Source: a virus
Virus record (IMG/VR): IMGVR_UViG_3300048837_000485
Location: 2,511 to 66,510 of that record
Direction: 5' to 3' (one strand)
DNA length: 64,000 bases
This document shows positions 18,497 to 27,909 of the stretch, piece after piece. Within the stretch, counting starts at the first letter, position 1; each line of letters begins with the position of its first letter. The notes below the pieces were generated by a model, which was not told where the DNA came from, did no database searches, and was given only the letters and a program-made list of their open reading frames with translations. The translations under genes and the position numbers were made by a program.

Positions 18497-20479
18497 TCAA
18501 CTAGACCCATTTAAAATATGGGTCTTTTTCTTTATATACTTGACTTGTCCACAGTCCCAAATTTTATATAATCCATTATCATATCCAGTATTTCCTGGAA
18601 ATTTCATTCGGTGGAATGTTTTATCATCCTTTACCCATTTAAAACTGATAAAATTACTTGCAAAACTAAATCCTAAATTTTCTAGATATTCTCCAGATCC
18701 GTACCTTTGATCTATAAAAGTTTGAATATCTTTATTATAAATATTATCTATATGTTTGATTAATCTAGAGAATCCACCAATTACGGTTGTATTTAATATA
18801 TGACAAAATCTTGATATATCTATAAATTCTTTTTTATTAGTAATTTGAATACATGTAACTAGTTTGTTATTATATTCTAACCCAAAGATTTTACCCTTAC
18901 CGTTTTCCATTAGATGATTATTTTTTAAAAACTCTTTGCCAATCTGGTATTTTACTTCTACTATCTTACACTTTCTAGCAAAAATCCTATTACTTTTATG
19001 TATCTTATTTAAAATAATAGACTCTACTATATCTAATTTTTTTGTTATCTCGTCCTCTCTAAAGAATACAGAATCATATCCTAGTTTATTATAATTATTT
19101 TTTTTGTTTTTATGATATTGATTATTTTTATTAATTGCGTCTGAGTGCCAATATAGACCATCACTTTCTATTACCAATTTATAATCTTCTAAAATAAAGT
19201 CGGTATAGTTTACTCCTAGTTTTTTATTATTACTAAATTGTATATTGTGTTTTTCTAATATCGACTGTATTAGTATTTCTATACTACTTCTGTTTGGCTC
19301 CATAGATATAGCAAATTCAAACCCATATTGCGATACGTGTTTATTAAACCAGGAAATATTCCTACCTAATTCTATTGCTATTTGTGATCCAGTTTTTCCA
19401 TTATAAACATTAGCTTGTCCACGATCTATTGTTAGTTGTCTAAACTTTTCCCTGTTTTCATCTAATTGTTGTGGATAGTCTACACCATATTTTTCTATAT
19501 TATTATTTTTTGTTATTTCTTTTACAATGTCGGATTTAGATGCATGTGTTACTCCGTATTTTTCTAAACTAGTGGCGACTATTTTTTTCTTAATTTCTTC
19601 TGATTGTTGAGGATACTCAGTTCCGTATTTTTTTACATTCGTAGCCTTACGTTTTTTTTGTACTTCAGTAGTTTGTGTAAAACAATAATTATTATCCTTA
19701 TTAATCTGATGTGCTATCTTTAGATTTTCTGATCCTATATTTCCAGACTGTATAAAATAACAATTATCTGGAAAAAAACCAATATTGTCTATTTTTCTAG
19801 TTAATGAATAGCCCTCTTTCCATATTAATATAGCCCAATCATAAAAATTTTTGAAATTATTCCAAGATTTATATATTTCTAATCCTAAATAATCATTACT
19901 ATTTTTATTATAACATCTTGTTTTCATAGATTTCCATGAATTATATAATGGGTGACCGGTTAAACCATGCTCCTTGTCTTTATTAAGGCTCTTCATTCTA
20001 TTAGATGCTAATTCTCTATTATAACATCCGCAACTTTTAGTAGTTCCACTTTTTAGGGAGTGGTGTGGTATATTTTTTATTATTCCACATTTACATTTAC
20101 ACTTATACTGAGTTTTACCGTCTTCCAAGAAACCATTTTCAATTATGGTAAAATAATTGAACTCGTCTCCAATATTAAATAATTGAAATTTTTTAATTTT
20201 TAATTGTCGTGCTCTAATTAATATAGAATTTTTTGTGCGATTTAGTTTTTCTGCTAATATGTCCGTATCAAAATGAATATAATTTTCTATTAAAAATTTA
20301 TCATCTTCTTTAGTCCATCGTTCTGGTGATTTATTATAACCCAATCTATGTGCTTTTTTAGATACAGATATTTGTGTTTTATTTAATACTTTTGATATTT
20401 CGTCATACGAAGATAACTCTACATTATCTATTAAATATTGCGTCTCTTCTTTGGTCCATCTGTTCATCTGTATCTCCAC
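18497..20479 (-). CDS. Modular homing endonuclease-like protein (WTxEE HTH repeats, Zn-binding module, KYG repeats, Vsr/DUF559-like nuclease, Hef-like C-terminus)
   Basis: RWTKEE repeats, CKCKCG..SCGC, KYGxxxPQQ repeats, TDF..KLVIESDGLYWH, RIFARKC..IGGFSRL..KIWDCG. Confidence 0.75.
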   Translation of the reverse strand: MEIQMNRWTKEETQYLIDNVELSSYDEISKVLNKTQISVSKKAHRLGYNKSPERWTKEDDKFLIENYIHFDTDILAEKLNRTKNSILIRARQLKIKKFQLFNIGDEFNYFTIIENGFLEDGKTQYKCKCKCGIIKNIPHHSLKSGTTKSCGCYNRELASNRMKSLNKDKEHGLTGHPLYNSWKSMKTRCYNKNSNDYLGLEIYKSWNNFKNFYDWAILIWKEGYSLTRKIDNIGFFPDNCYFIQSGNIGSENLKIAHQINKDNNYCFTQTTEVQKKRKATNVKKYGTEYPQQSEEIKKKIVATSLEKYGVTHASKSDIVKEITKNNNIEKYGVDYPQQLDENREKFRQLTIDRGQANVYNGKTGSQIAIELGRNISWFNKHVSQYGFEFAISMEPNRSSIEILIQSILEKHNIQFSNNKKLGVNYTDFILEDYKLVIESDGLYWHSDAINKNNQYHKNKKNNYNKLGYDSVFFREDEITKKLDIVESIILNKIHKSNRIFARKCKIVEVKYQIGKEFLKNNHLMENGKGKIFGLEYNNKLVTCIQITNKKEFIDISRFCHILNTTVIGGFSRLIKHIDNIYNKDIQTFIDQRYGSGEYLENLGFSFASNFISFKWVKDDKTFHRMKFPGNTGYDNGLYKIWDCGQVKYIKKKTHILNGSS

Positions 20480-20517
20480 ATAACAATCATGTTGTATATA
20501 AAAAGTATTACTACTAT

Positions 20518-20525
20518 ATTATACA
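20518..20525 (-). promoter_or_regulatory. TGTATAAT putative phage promoter
   Basis: Recurring octamer upstream of the 18497-20479 nuclease gene. Confidence 0.55.
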
Positions 20526-20542
20526 TATTTTTAAAAAAACAC

Positions 20543-20746
20543 CTAAATACACCTACCCTCTTTTCCACAATCCTTATATTTAAGCCCACTTCCACATGGG
20601 CATTTTTTATTTCTAGGCATAACCTGACCACCACGAATGCTTCTACCGTTCGTTGTGTGAACTGGAATACAATACTGCCGCTCTTGCTCTTTATCCCCAA
20701 TCATATTTAAAATATCGTTAATTTCATTAGTTGAGTCTTGATTCAT
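20543..20746 (-). CDS. SEC-C motif small protein
   Basis: PRNKKCPCGSGLKYKDC. Confidence 0.8.
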   Translation of the reverse strand: MNQDSTNEINDILNMIGDKEQERQYCIPVHTTNGRSIRGGQVMPRNKKCPCGSGLKYKDCGKEGRCI

Positions 20747-20749
20747 TTT

Positions 20750-21055
20750 TTAATTCCTGTATTCATATTGTTGTTCTAAAATACTATTTTCTTTTAGTTC
20801 TAAATAATCTTTTGTATATTCTTCATTATAAATATCTGTTGGTAGTTTTATACCATTTGTGATCATAGCATTATTCACAGCACGACGAATAATCTCTGGA
20901 TCTATTGATATAGACATAGGTGATAATGCAGCTGGCATTAGAGTTGTAACTGAAGATATTGCAGCGGTACCGGTTCTGGTAATAGAATATGGTACAATTG
21001 AGGATGGTGTAAAAAACAACCCAACCAATCCTTTTAATAATCCCCTACGTTCCAT
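20750..21055 (-). CDS. Hypothetical protein with twin-arginine-like signal
   Basis: MERRGLLKGLVGLF N-terminus. Confidence 0.55.
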   Translation of the reverse strand: MERRGLLKGLVGLFFTPSSIVPYSITRTGTAAISSVTTLMPAALSPMSISIDPEIIRRAVNNAMITNGIKLPTDIYNEEYTKDYLELKENSILEQQYEYRN

Positions 21056-21561
21056 TATTTTCTCTCCTCGTAAAACTGATGTGCCTCCAGGCCCTCCAAA
21101 AATCGTCTGTAACGTATTCTTTCGTTTCCTGATAGGAGTGACCGATACTCAAACAAACGGCTTCTAAGGGGCAATATTGAGCGTCTAACGGTAATTCCAT
21201 CCCAGAATCCCATCTCTCCAGACATGGCCCTATTAATATCTAGTACTTCTGGGGAGTCTGACATGAGAAAAAACTCTGGCCAGTTAATTATTCCGCCATT
21301 ATATTCTTCTTGTGTAAGAACTGGTGGTAATCTAGAATCGTTGCATTTCTTTAGGGTCTCTGCTGATGGTGCTGGCTCATGTATTTGATTGGATTTGTTT
21401 AACTGTTTTAACTTAAAATAGTAATCTGCTTCATTATACATTCTCCCGTATAAATAATCCTTACTTTTGACTATATCCTGTTCTTGTGTTTGAACAAGTA
21501 TATTTTGTCCGTAGGAAAATTGAGGCAGAAGAATTAGTAATAGGTATAGTGCGTACTTCAT
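21055..21561 (-). CDS. Hypothetical secreted protein
   Basis: Sec-type signal MKYALYLLLILLPQFSYG-Q. Confidence 0.6.
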   Translation of the reverse strand: MKYALYLLLILLPQFSYGQNILVQTQEQDIVKSKDYLYGRMYNEADYYFKLKQLNKSNQIHEPAPSAETLKKCNDSRLPPVLTQEEYNGGIINWPEFFLMSDSPEVLDINRAMSGEMGFWDGITVRRSILPLRSRLFEYRSLLSGNERIRYRRFLEGLEAHQFYEERK

Positions 21562-21564
21562 TTT

Positions 21565-21930
21565 TTATATCTCTGGATATATTCCATTCTCTACGTGTAT
21601 TGCACGATCATCTATATAATAATGTGCGGCTGGCTTACCCTGTCCTGTCCATACTTCATCATATGGTATTTCGTTCTTAACTAACCACTCTTCTACTAAC
21701 TTTCTAAGATACATACTATAATCCTCAAATGGTACATATCCAGGTATATCTTTTACATTCATAGACAGGTTCGTCCGAACTGTAAAAATAATAATTTTAT
21801 ACTTATTAGAAAGGTTAGTCATAAACTCTTTTGCGGCCGGAAAGGGTTTTCCAATATTATTAATACCCTTCCATCCATTATATTCAGCCAACGTTCCATC
21901 TAAATCAACACAAATTGTTTTCTTATTCAT
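21565..21930 (-). CDS. HAD-superfamily phosphatase
   Basis: ICVDLDGTL, IFTVR and GKP..YYIDDRA motifs. Confidence 0.85.
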   Translation of the reverse strand: MNKKTICVDLDGTLAEYNGWKGINNIGKPFPAAKEFMTNLSNKYKIIIFTVRTNLSMNVKDIPGYVPFEDYSMYLRKLVEEWLVKNEIPYDEVWTGQGKPAAHYYIDDRAIHVENGIYPEI

Positions 21931-22277
21931 TTTAAAAAATCCAGATATATGCCCTGTGGTACAACTACACCAACTCTATACGGAGTTTTTTCAGTAGTTA
22001 AATAACCATCCTTAGCATATATTTCATCGTTTAGTTTATAATTCAGCCAATCCCAATGTTCAATAATACCCTGTTGTAAAACAGTAAACTTTCCACCTTT
22101 AACGTGTTCATTAAATTGCGGCTTAGTTTCGTCTTGTTCTACTACATTATACATAGACATACCAGACGGCTTACCTTTTTTACATTTACTGGCTTGTATT
22201 CCATATTTAGTTTTGGTAAGTTTTACTAGATCATATACTTTAAATAATTCTTTGGCAAAAACATTTGTTGTTATCAT
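21927..22277 (-). CDS. Hypothetical protein
   Basis: ORF coupled to neighbours by ATGA overlaps. Confidence 0.6.
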   Translation of the reverse strand: MITTNVFAKELFKVYDLVKLTKTKYGIQASKCKKGKPSGMSMYNVVEQDETKPQFNEHVKGGKFTVLQQGIIEHWDWLNYKLNDEIYAKDGYLTTEKTPYRVGVVVPQGIYLDFLK

Positions 22278-22432
22278 ACTTTAGTTCTTTCTATTATAGA
22301 ATCACAAAACTGTTTTCTATCAAAATTAGAAAAATCTTTAGCCCATTCTTGTTTATCTAACCAGGATAATGCATCTATTAAGACTATATGGTATTTTTTA
22401 TCGTATTTAGAAATTAATTCTGAATTACTCAT
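22274..22432 (-). CDS. Small hypothetical protein (52 aa, not in ORF track)
   Basis: MSNSELISKY...ERTKV*, with ATGA overlaps at both ends filling the gap exactly. Confidence 0.6.
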   Translation of the reverse strand: MSNSELISKYDKKYHIVLIDALSWLDKQEWAKDFSNFDRKQFCDSIIERTKV

Positions 22433-22776
22433 ATTATCAAATTTATCCCTTCATGCTTAAAGATACAATAGCCACAACTCTTACAACTTCCATCTATAAC
22501 TGAGCTAACCCTTATCTCTTTCATATTACCACATCTACAAAGAAATAGGCCGAAAGTTTTATTCTCCCGGCCACATTTCTTTTTAAATGGTACATCTATT
22601 AATGTTAGTCTATTATTAGAATATGGAGGCTGAATACCAAACTGTTTAGCTCTTAATCTTTTCTTTTTAGACTTGACGGCATCAACAGTTTTAGATAATA
22701 TCTCAGCCAGTTCTTCATTACTAAGATGTAAGTTATCTACTATGTATAATTCTTCTGCTTTAGTCCACGGTTTCAT
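22429..22776 (-). pseudogene. Truncated homing-endonuclease-like gene (DNA-binding modules only)
   Basis: WTKAEE HTH plus CRCG..SCKSCG modules as in the other nucleases, but no nuclease domain. Confidence 0.5.
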
Positions 22777-22966
22777 CTTCGTCTTCTAACGGCTCAAATA
22801 TTGGCTTTAATAGAATAAAAGTTTGATCATTCTTTTTAACCCAGCCTAATTCAGTAAGTTTAGCTTGGTCAATTGGTGAAATACCACCCCTGGTTTTAAC
22901 TTGTGTATAGGTATCGGTTGAGCTAAATTCTAATGTATAGTGTTGTAGTAAGTCTGGTAGGTTCAT
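22760..22966 (-). CDS. Hypothetical protein
   Basis: Co-oriented ORF with AAGGA RBS. Confidence 0.55.
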   Translation of the reverse strand: MNLPDLLQHYTLEFSSTDTYTQVKTRGGISPIDQAKLTELGWVKKNDQTFILLKPIFEPLEDEDETVD

Positions 22967-23014
22967 TATTTATCCTTAACAAGATATATTATGTTCGTAT
23001 ACTGCAATTATTTT

Positions 23015-23245
23015 TTAACCACGCTCTTTAGACATTTCTTGTAATTTATCAAATTTAAGATCTTGATAACCAAAAATTTCTAACGGAATAGGAATATCAT
23101 AATCCTGCATAATTTGATATTTTTCTATATTAAAACAAATATCTAAATGTCTTTTAATTTCTGATAATTGTTCTTCATTGATGATTTTAGGATTTTCTAA
23201 TTCTAAATATCCTCGTAACCAATATCCAAAATCACGAAACGTCAT
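23015..23245 (-). CDS. Hypothetical protein
   Basis: FGYWLRGYLEL..QLSEIKRHL pattern common in phage small proteins. Confidence 0.6.
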   Translation of the reverse strand: MTFRDFGYWLRGYLELENPKIINEEQLSEIKRHLDICFNIEKYQIMQDYDIPIPLEIFGYQDLKFDKLQEMSKERG

Positions 23246-23634
23246 TATGCACTTTCTTTTTCTTTCTTAATGTATTTCGACCATCCATTTAAACCAGCAA
23301 GTGAGCTTTCTGGGACTTGCCACTTAGGAAACAACCCATCACTTCCGTCATCTAAGATACCAAATGCTTTTTTATATCCAGCCATTGGACCAGATTTAAC
23401 AATCTTTTCAAAATAGTCAGCAGTCTTTGTCTTACCCTTTTCATCTTGATATTCTGCCGACCGAACTTTAAATTGAATGTCATTTGATGTTACATATTTA
23501 CCATCAATTCTAGCAGCAGCATCATCTTCAAAAACTTCTTGAAATCGAGCCAGTTCTCTCCAGATTTCTTTTTGTGTGCTACCTTCTAGAGTTACTGTCA
23601 TACGACCATCTTTTGTTGTATAATTTAGCTTCAT
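23245..23634 (-). CDS. Hypothetical protein
   Basis: Co-oriented ORF with RBS. Confidence 0.6.
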   Translation of the reverse strand: MKLNYTTKDGRMTVTLEGSTQKEIWRELARFQEVFEDDAAARIDGKYVTSNDIQFKVRSAEYQDEKGKTKTADYFEKIVKSGPMAGYKKAFGILDDGSDGLFPKWQVPESSLAGLNGWSKYIKKEKESA

Positions 23635-23636
23635 AC

Positions 23637-23813
23637 TTATTCCTTTTCTTCTGCTTGATTTTTCTTATCTTGTTCTGTACGGTTAACATATTGAATAACT
23701 ACCTGTAAAGCCTGCTCTGTTAAAACAGCATCTTTAACTGGTAAAAAGTTCAATTGGGGATTGTGTACTACTTGGTCTAAAATTTGTAATGCTTGTTCGA
23801 TTGTTAGATTCAT
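23637..23813 (-). CDS. Small hypothetical protein (58 aa, not in ORF track)
   Basis: MNLTIEQALQ...AEEKE*, ATGA overlap with upstream gene. Confidence 0.6.
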   Translation of the reverse strand: MNLTIEQALQILDQVVHNPQLNFLPVKDAVLTEQALQVVIQYVNRTEQDKKNQAEEKE

Positions 23814-24640
23814 TTTTTAAGTTCCTCTGGAAGTTCTTTCCTTTGTTGTTGATACATATTTATTTCTTTAATTAAACTCGCCGCTTCATCACTACTAAGT
23901 TCTTCAATTTTCTTATTATCAATAGTAGCAACGAATTTTACATAATCCATTCCCAATCTATCACAGTTGTTAATTAAAAAAGAGCTTTGCGTGGATGAAA
24001 TACTGTTATTATTTGGTTCGATTTTTTCCTCCTGAGTAATATGCTCATTCTTAGTTTCTTCAGCAGCCGGTGTTTTAATCCTTAAGGCTTTACGTAACGC
24101 CCGTACTTCTGCTCTAGTTTCTGCCATAGCTTCTAAATATTCAGAATATGGTGCATCTGTGTTACTTTCTGTTGCAGAAGCAATTCCACTAAACCTTCGG
24201 GTCCTTGAGAAATCCCCAATACCACTCTTACCTTCAAAGTCTCTATTCCATAAGATTTCTACTATATAATTACATACTGTATTTCCAGTTCCTACAGATG
24301 TAACAATAGGTCCTAACAATACTTCTGTAACTCTTCTGAGTCCATGTACATTAGGATTACCCTTATCTAATTCTTTAGGTAGAAAATGTTTCATAACATA
24401 ATCATCCCAGTCTTCTGATAAATAGGATACGTCTGGAATACCGTCTACCCCTTTTTCTTCTGCTTGATCCGTTTGTGTTTCTAGTTTTTCAAAATCAAAT
24501 TCTTCTAGATTTTCACTCAATTTATTTTTAGCCTTTTCTAGTAAACTCATTAAGTTAGATTTTCCCTTTGTAGTATTAATAACATCTTCACTAATACCTA
24601 AGGTTAGTAACTCTTCTCGAATTTCACCAACTGAAATCAT
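23810..24640 (-). CDS. Putative single-strand annealing protein (Rad52/Sak-like)
   Basis: FSGIASA...AMAETRAEVRALRKAL motif and C-terminal LSSDEAASLI helix seen in phage annealases. Confidence 0.5.
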   Translation of the reverse strand: MISVGEIREELLTLGISEDVINTTKGKSNLMSLLEKAKNKLSENLEEFDFEKLETQTDQAEEKGVDGIPDVSYLSEDWDDYVMKHFLPKELDKGNPNVHGLRRVTEVLLGPIVTSVGTGNTVCNYIVEILWNRDFEGKSGIGDFSRTRRFSGIASATESNTDAPYSEYLEAMAETRAEVRALRKALRIKTPAAEETKNEHITQEEKIEPNNNSISSTQSSFLINNCDRLGMDYVKFVATIDNKKIEELSSDEAASLIKEINMYQQQRKELPEELKK

Positions 24641-24741
24641 ATTTTTACCTCTTATATCTTTACTTTGTAAAACCCATTGTCTTTATCAGGAAAATTCTTT
24701 TCTACTGAATGATAACATAATCTGGACAGATCCGGCCAAGA

Positions 24742-25515
24742 TTATATTTTAACCTCATAAAATCTATTATCTTTATCTGGAAAATTCTTTTCTACTGATT
24801 GAACTATCTCGATAATTTTATTCATGGCCATAGTCTTATTATACAAGGAAAGTTTATTATCATTAAACTTAAATCTAATGATTACATATCCTTTAGATAA
24901 TAAAAGTCCATTTTTATCAGCATCTAGCTTCTGTCTCTTTTTAAACGCTTCATCGCCCCAGATTGGTAATTGATGAGATGGTCCATCTACCTCTATAACA
25001 ATATTTAGAGATGGAATAAATATATCAACTTCTAAATTTAGATTTGCTAACATCTTTTTCTTATGATGAATAGCACTATAGCCAGCCTTTGTTAAGCCCT
25101 GAACAACAAAAAATTCCATTTTAGATCCATACTCAGCAGCCTGTCTAATTGCTTTAATTCCAGACTTATGAAATTGATCTCTCTCTTCTTCAGATTTTTC
25201 ATCCCATCTTTTTTTAGATAGTTCTGAGAAGAATTGCTTATCTTCATCGGTCATATCATCCCAGTATTTTTGCAAAGTTCTAGAGATTTTTAATTTGGTT
25301 TTCTCTTGACGAACCATACCTTCTGTTGGATGCTTTGCTTTTCCAGATGCTAGTGCTGCTTTTTGTACTTGTGATTTAGTTCTAATTTCAATATTATTAG
25401 ATTTTAGTATTTTATAAATCAAAGATGGATATAAATTAGTATCTACCTTTTTAATAACATCTCTAATACTTAAGCCGCTTTTATATAGTTCACATATTTG
25501 TTTTTCGTTACTCAT
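24742..25515 (-). CDS. Vsr/DUF559-like endonuclease with N-terminal HTH
   Basis: EVDIFIPSLNIVIEVDGPSH...GYVIIRF. Confidence 0.75.
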   Translation of the reverse strand: MSNEKQICELYKSGLSIRDVIKKVDTNLYPSLIYKILKSNNIEIRTKSQVQKAALASGKAKHPTEGMVRQEKTKLKISRTLQKYWDDMTDEDKQFFSELSKKRWDEKSEEERDQFHKSGIKAIRQAAEYGSKMEFFVVQGLTKAGYSAIHHKKKMLANLNLEVDIFIPSLNIVIEVDGPSHQLPIWGDEAFKKRQKLDADKNGLLLSKGYVIIRFKFNDNKLSLYNKTMAMNKIIEIVQSVEKNFPDKDNRFYEVKI

Positions 25516-25539
25516 AAATCTCTTTCATAGTACTCTATC

Positions 25540-25995
25540 TTATTTTTCATAGATTTCTTTTAGATTGAATCTCTTAACTACTCTAGGAACTATACCGCAG
25601 TAATTATTAATTTCTTTAGCATAGTCATCTGATACGGTTACTAGTTCTATATCTTTATTTTGATACACACTAATATTATCTAAATAATTCTTTTCATTTT
25701 TTAACCATTCTAATTCCCAGATATAAAATATCTTTCTTTCGGGCTTCATTGTTTTAATAGAAATTTTAGTATTAGATAATGTTGTTGATATTAATGTACC
25801 ATCATATGAAAATACTTCAGATGCGTTAAATAGTCCAAATATTGGTTTAATAATAGGAGGGGTAAATTCTTCAAAGAATATAGAAACATCGTAATTATGA
25901 TTATCAAAAACTAAATAATTACCCTCTTTAATTGCTTCATATGCTAACTGAGTATCAAAAGTATGTGGAAGTAATATTCCGATTTTTTTTACCAT
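25540..25995 (-). CDS. Glycosyltransferase-like (GT-B N-terminal-like) protein
   Basis: KIFYIWELEW..LVTVSD pattern; last gene of the glycan cluster. Confidence 0.45.
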   Translation of the reverse strand: MVKKIGILLPHTFDTQLAYEAIKEGNYLVFDNHNYDVSIFFEEFTPPIIKPIFGLFNASEVFSYDGTLISTTLSNTKISIKTMKPERKIFYIWELEWLKNEKNYLDNISVYQNKDIELVTVSDDYAKEINNYCGIVPRVVKRFNLKEIYEK

Positions 25996-26939
25996 TTGAT
26001 AACCTCATCTAGATTATCTTTGTTTTCTTTATACCATTGTATAGTTTCCATTAATCCAGTTTTAATTGGCGTAATATTAAAATTAAGATATTGTTTCATC
26101 TTGTCTGAATTAAGTTTCTTTCTCATCTGTCCAGATGGTTTATTTTCCCACTGAACTTTTCCAGTATATCCAACTAATTCACAAATTAAATCTGTTAAAT
26201 CTTTAATAGATATTTCTATATCACTTGTAATATTTATAGGATCGACTTCTTCGTATTTTTCTAGTACTTGAACTATACCTTCAGCAGCGTCTTGAACATA
26301 TATTAACTCTCTTAGATTACTACCATCTCCAAAGTTTTGAACAAATGGTATATTATTAATTTTTGCTTCGTAAATTTTCTTAATTAATGCACCAACAACT
26401 TTAGCTTTATATTTATCAAATCTATCGTGTGGCCCGTAACAATTTTGTAGGATACATGCGACACCATTGAAATTAAATTGTTGTCTTAAGAATCTAGAAT
26501 AACAATCTAAGGTTCTTTTGGCATAACCATGAGAGGCAATACTATCATTACATTTGCCGTTGTATAAGTCAGATTCTTTTAATTCTTGATTATCAAGATC
26601 AGCAATAGCACATGAGCTTAAAACACTTACCGTTTTTTTAACTCCATAATCTTTAGCACATGTTAATGTATTTATATTTATTAAAGAAGTTTTACGAAAA
26701 GTATCTGCTGGATATTTTGTGTTCCACCAAGCACTTCCGGAATTTGTTGCTAAATGTATAAATAAATCTGGCTTATGTTTTGAAAAAAATCTTTGTGCGT
26801 AAATAATATCTGTTAAATCATAGTCTGAATGATTACATGGTATAACCATTACACCACGCTGCTTCAGAATACTTGTTACAGCACGCCCAATCATACTATT
26901 CTGACCAGATATACCAACTGTTTGTCCATATATATTCAT
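25989..26939 (-). CDS. fcl: GDP-L-fucose synthase-like SDR
   Basis: YDLTD, IHLA, YPAD, LSSC, NCYGPHD, GDGSNLRELIYVQD; catalytic positions altered (see findings). Confidence 0.75.
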   Translation of the reverse strand: MNIYGQTVGISGQNSMIGRAVTSILKQRGVMVIPCNHSDYDLTDIIYAQRFFSKHKPDLFIHLATNSGSAWWNTKYPADTFRKTSLININTLTCAKDYGVKKTVSVLSSCAIADLDNQELKESDLYNGKCNDSIASHGYAKRTLDCYSRFLRQQFNFNGVACILQNCYGPHDRFDKYKAKVVGALIKKIYEAKINNIPFVQNFGDGSNLRELIYVQDAAEGIVQVLEKYEEVDPINITSDIEISIKDLTDLICELVGYTGKVQWENKPSGQMRKKLNSDKMKQYLNFNITPIKTGLMETIQWYKENKDNLDEVIKW

Positions 26940-26940
26940 A

Positions 26941-27852
26941 TTAAAACTTTATATTATCTACAGTAGCAGAATTGATTAATTTACTAATTCCAGTTTCCAT
27001 ACTTACCTGTGCAGTCCATCCTGTTTTATACATTTTTTCAAATGATATTTCATAATTTCTTTGATCCGGATCAACATATCCAGCATCAGCATAAACAACG
27101 TGACAACCAGTTTTCTTTTTTAGATATTCCGCCAAATCTCTCTTACTCCAGTTTCCTTCTGGATGACCAACATTAAAAACTTCACCTTCATGTTCTAGTA
27201 GACTCAATAGATTCATCATATGAATATCTGCTAATACTATATCAGTCACATAAATAAAACTTCGTTTAAAATCGGCTTGAAAAACCGTAATAGTTCCATC
27301 ATTAATAGCACGGTCTACGAAATCATTAATTAATAGTTTTACACGATGATTTCCAGATAATCCAAAAGCTGTACTTAGTCTTAATGCAATACCACCACTA
27401 CCTGTTACTATTTTTTCTGCTTCTAATTTTGTAACTCCATAATGTGAGATAGGAATAGCATTGGTTGTCTCCGTACATATTTCTTCTATTTTTCCATAAA
27501 CAGAACCCGTAGAATGATATATTACTGGAATATTTAAACCAACTACATTTTTAGTTCCTTCTATATTTATGTATGTAGCCTTACTAGGAAATTGTTTACA
27601 AATTGGTTCACCAACTAATGCAGCTAGGTGAAAAATAATGTCACATTTTCCTAGAGCTGACTGTAGTTTTGGCTTATCTAAAATATCCCCATATGTAAAT
27701 TTAAAATTATCATACGCACATAACCATTTTAAAGTATCAGTTTTTGGTCGAAAAAAATCATCTATTCCATATACTTGATGTCCACCGTTTAAAAGTTGTT
27801 GAGCTAATGGTATTCCTAAGAACCCGTTAACTCCAGTTATACCTACCTTCAT
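26941..27852 (-). CDS. NAD-dependent sugar epimerase/dehydratase
   Basis: GVNGFLG, HLAALVGEP, STGSVYG, YGVTK. Confidence 0.9.
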   Translation of the reverse strand: MKVGITGVNGFLGIPLAQQLLNGGHQVYGIDDFFRPKTDTLKWLCAYDNFKFTYGDILDKPKLQSALGKCDIIFHLAALVGEPICKQFPSKATYINIEGTKNVVGLNIPVIYHSTGSVYGKIEEICTETTNAIPISHYGVTKLEAEKIVTGSGGIALRLSTAFGLSGNHRVKLLINDFVDRAINDGTITVFQADFKRSFIYVTDIVLADIHMMNLLSLLEHEGEVFNVGHPEGNWSKRDLAEYLKKKTGCHVVYADAGYVDPDQRNYEISFEKMYKTGWTAQVSMETGISKLINSATVDNIKF

Positions 27853-27909
27853 AAATTTTCCTTTCTATATAGTATAGATCAAAAACCCAATCCTGTCCAG
27901 TCAGAAATC

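Noticed and set aside
21523-21536. 14-nt match (AGGCAGAAGAATTA) to the putative TnpB guide
   Set aside because: Covers only the distal part and lies in a Leu-rich signal-peptide coding stretch; plausible by chance
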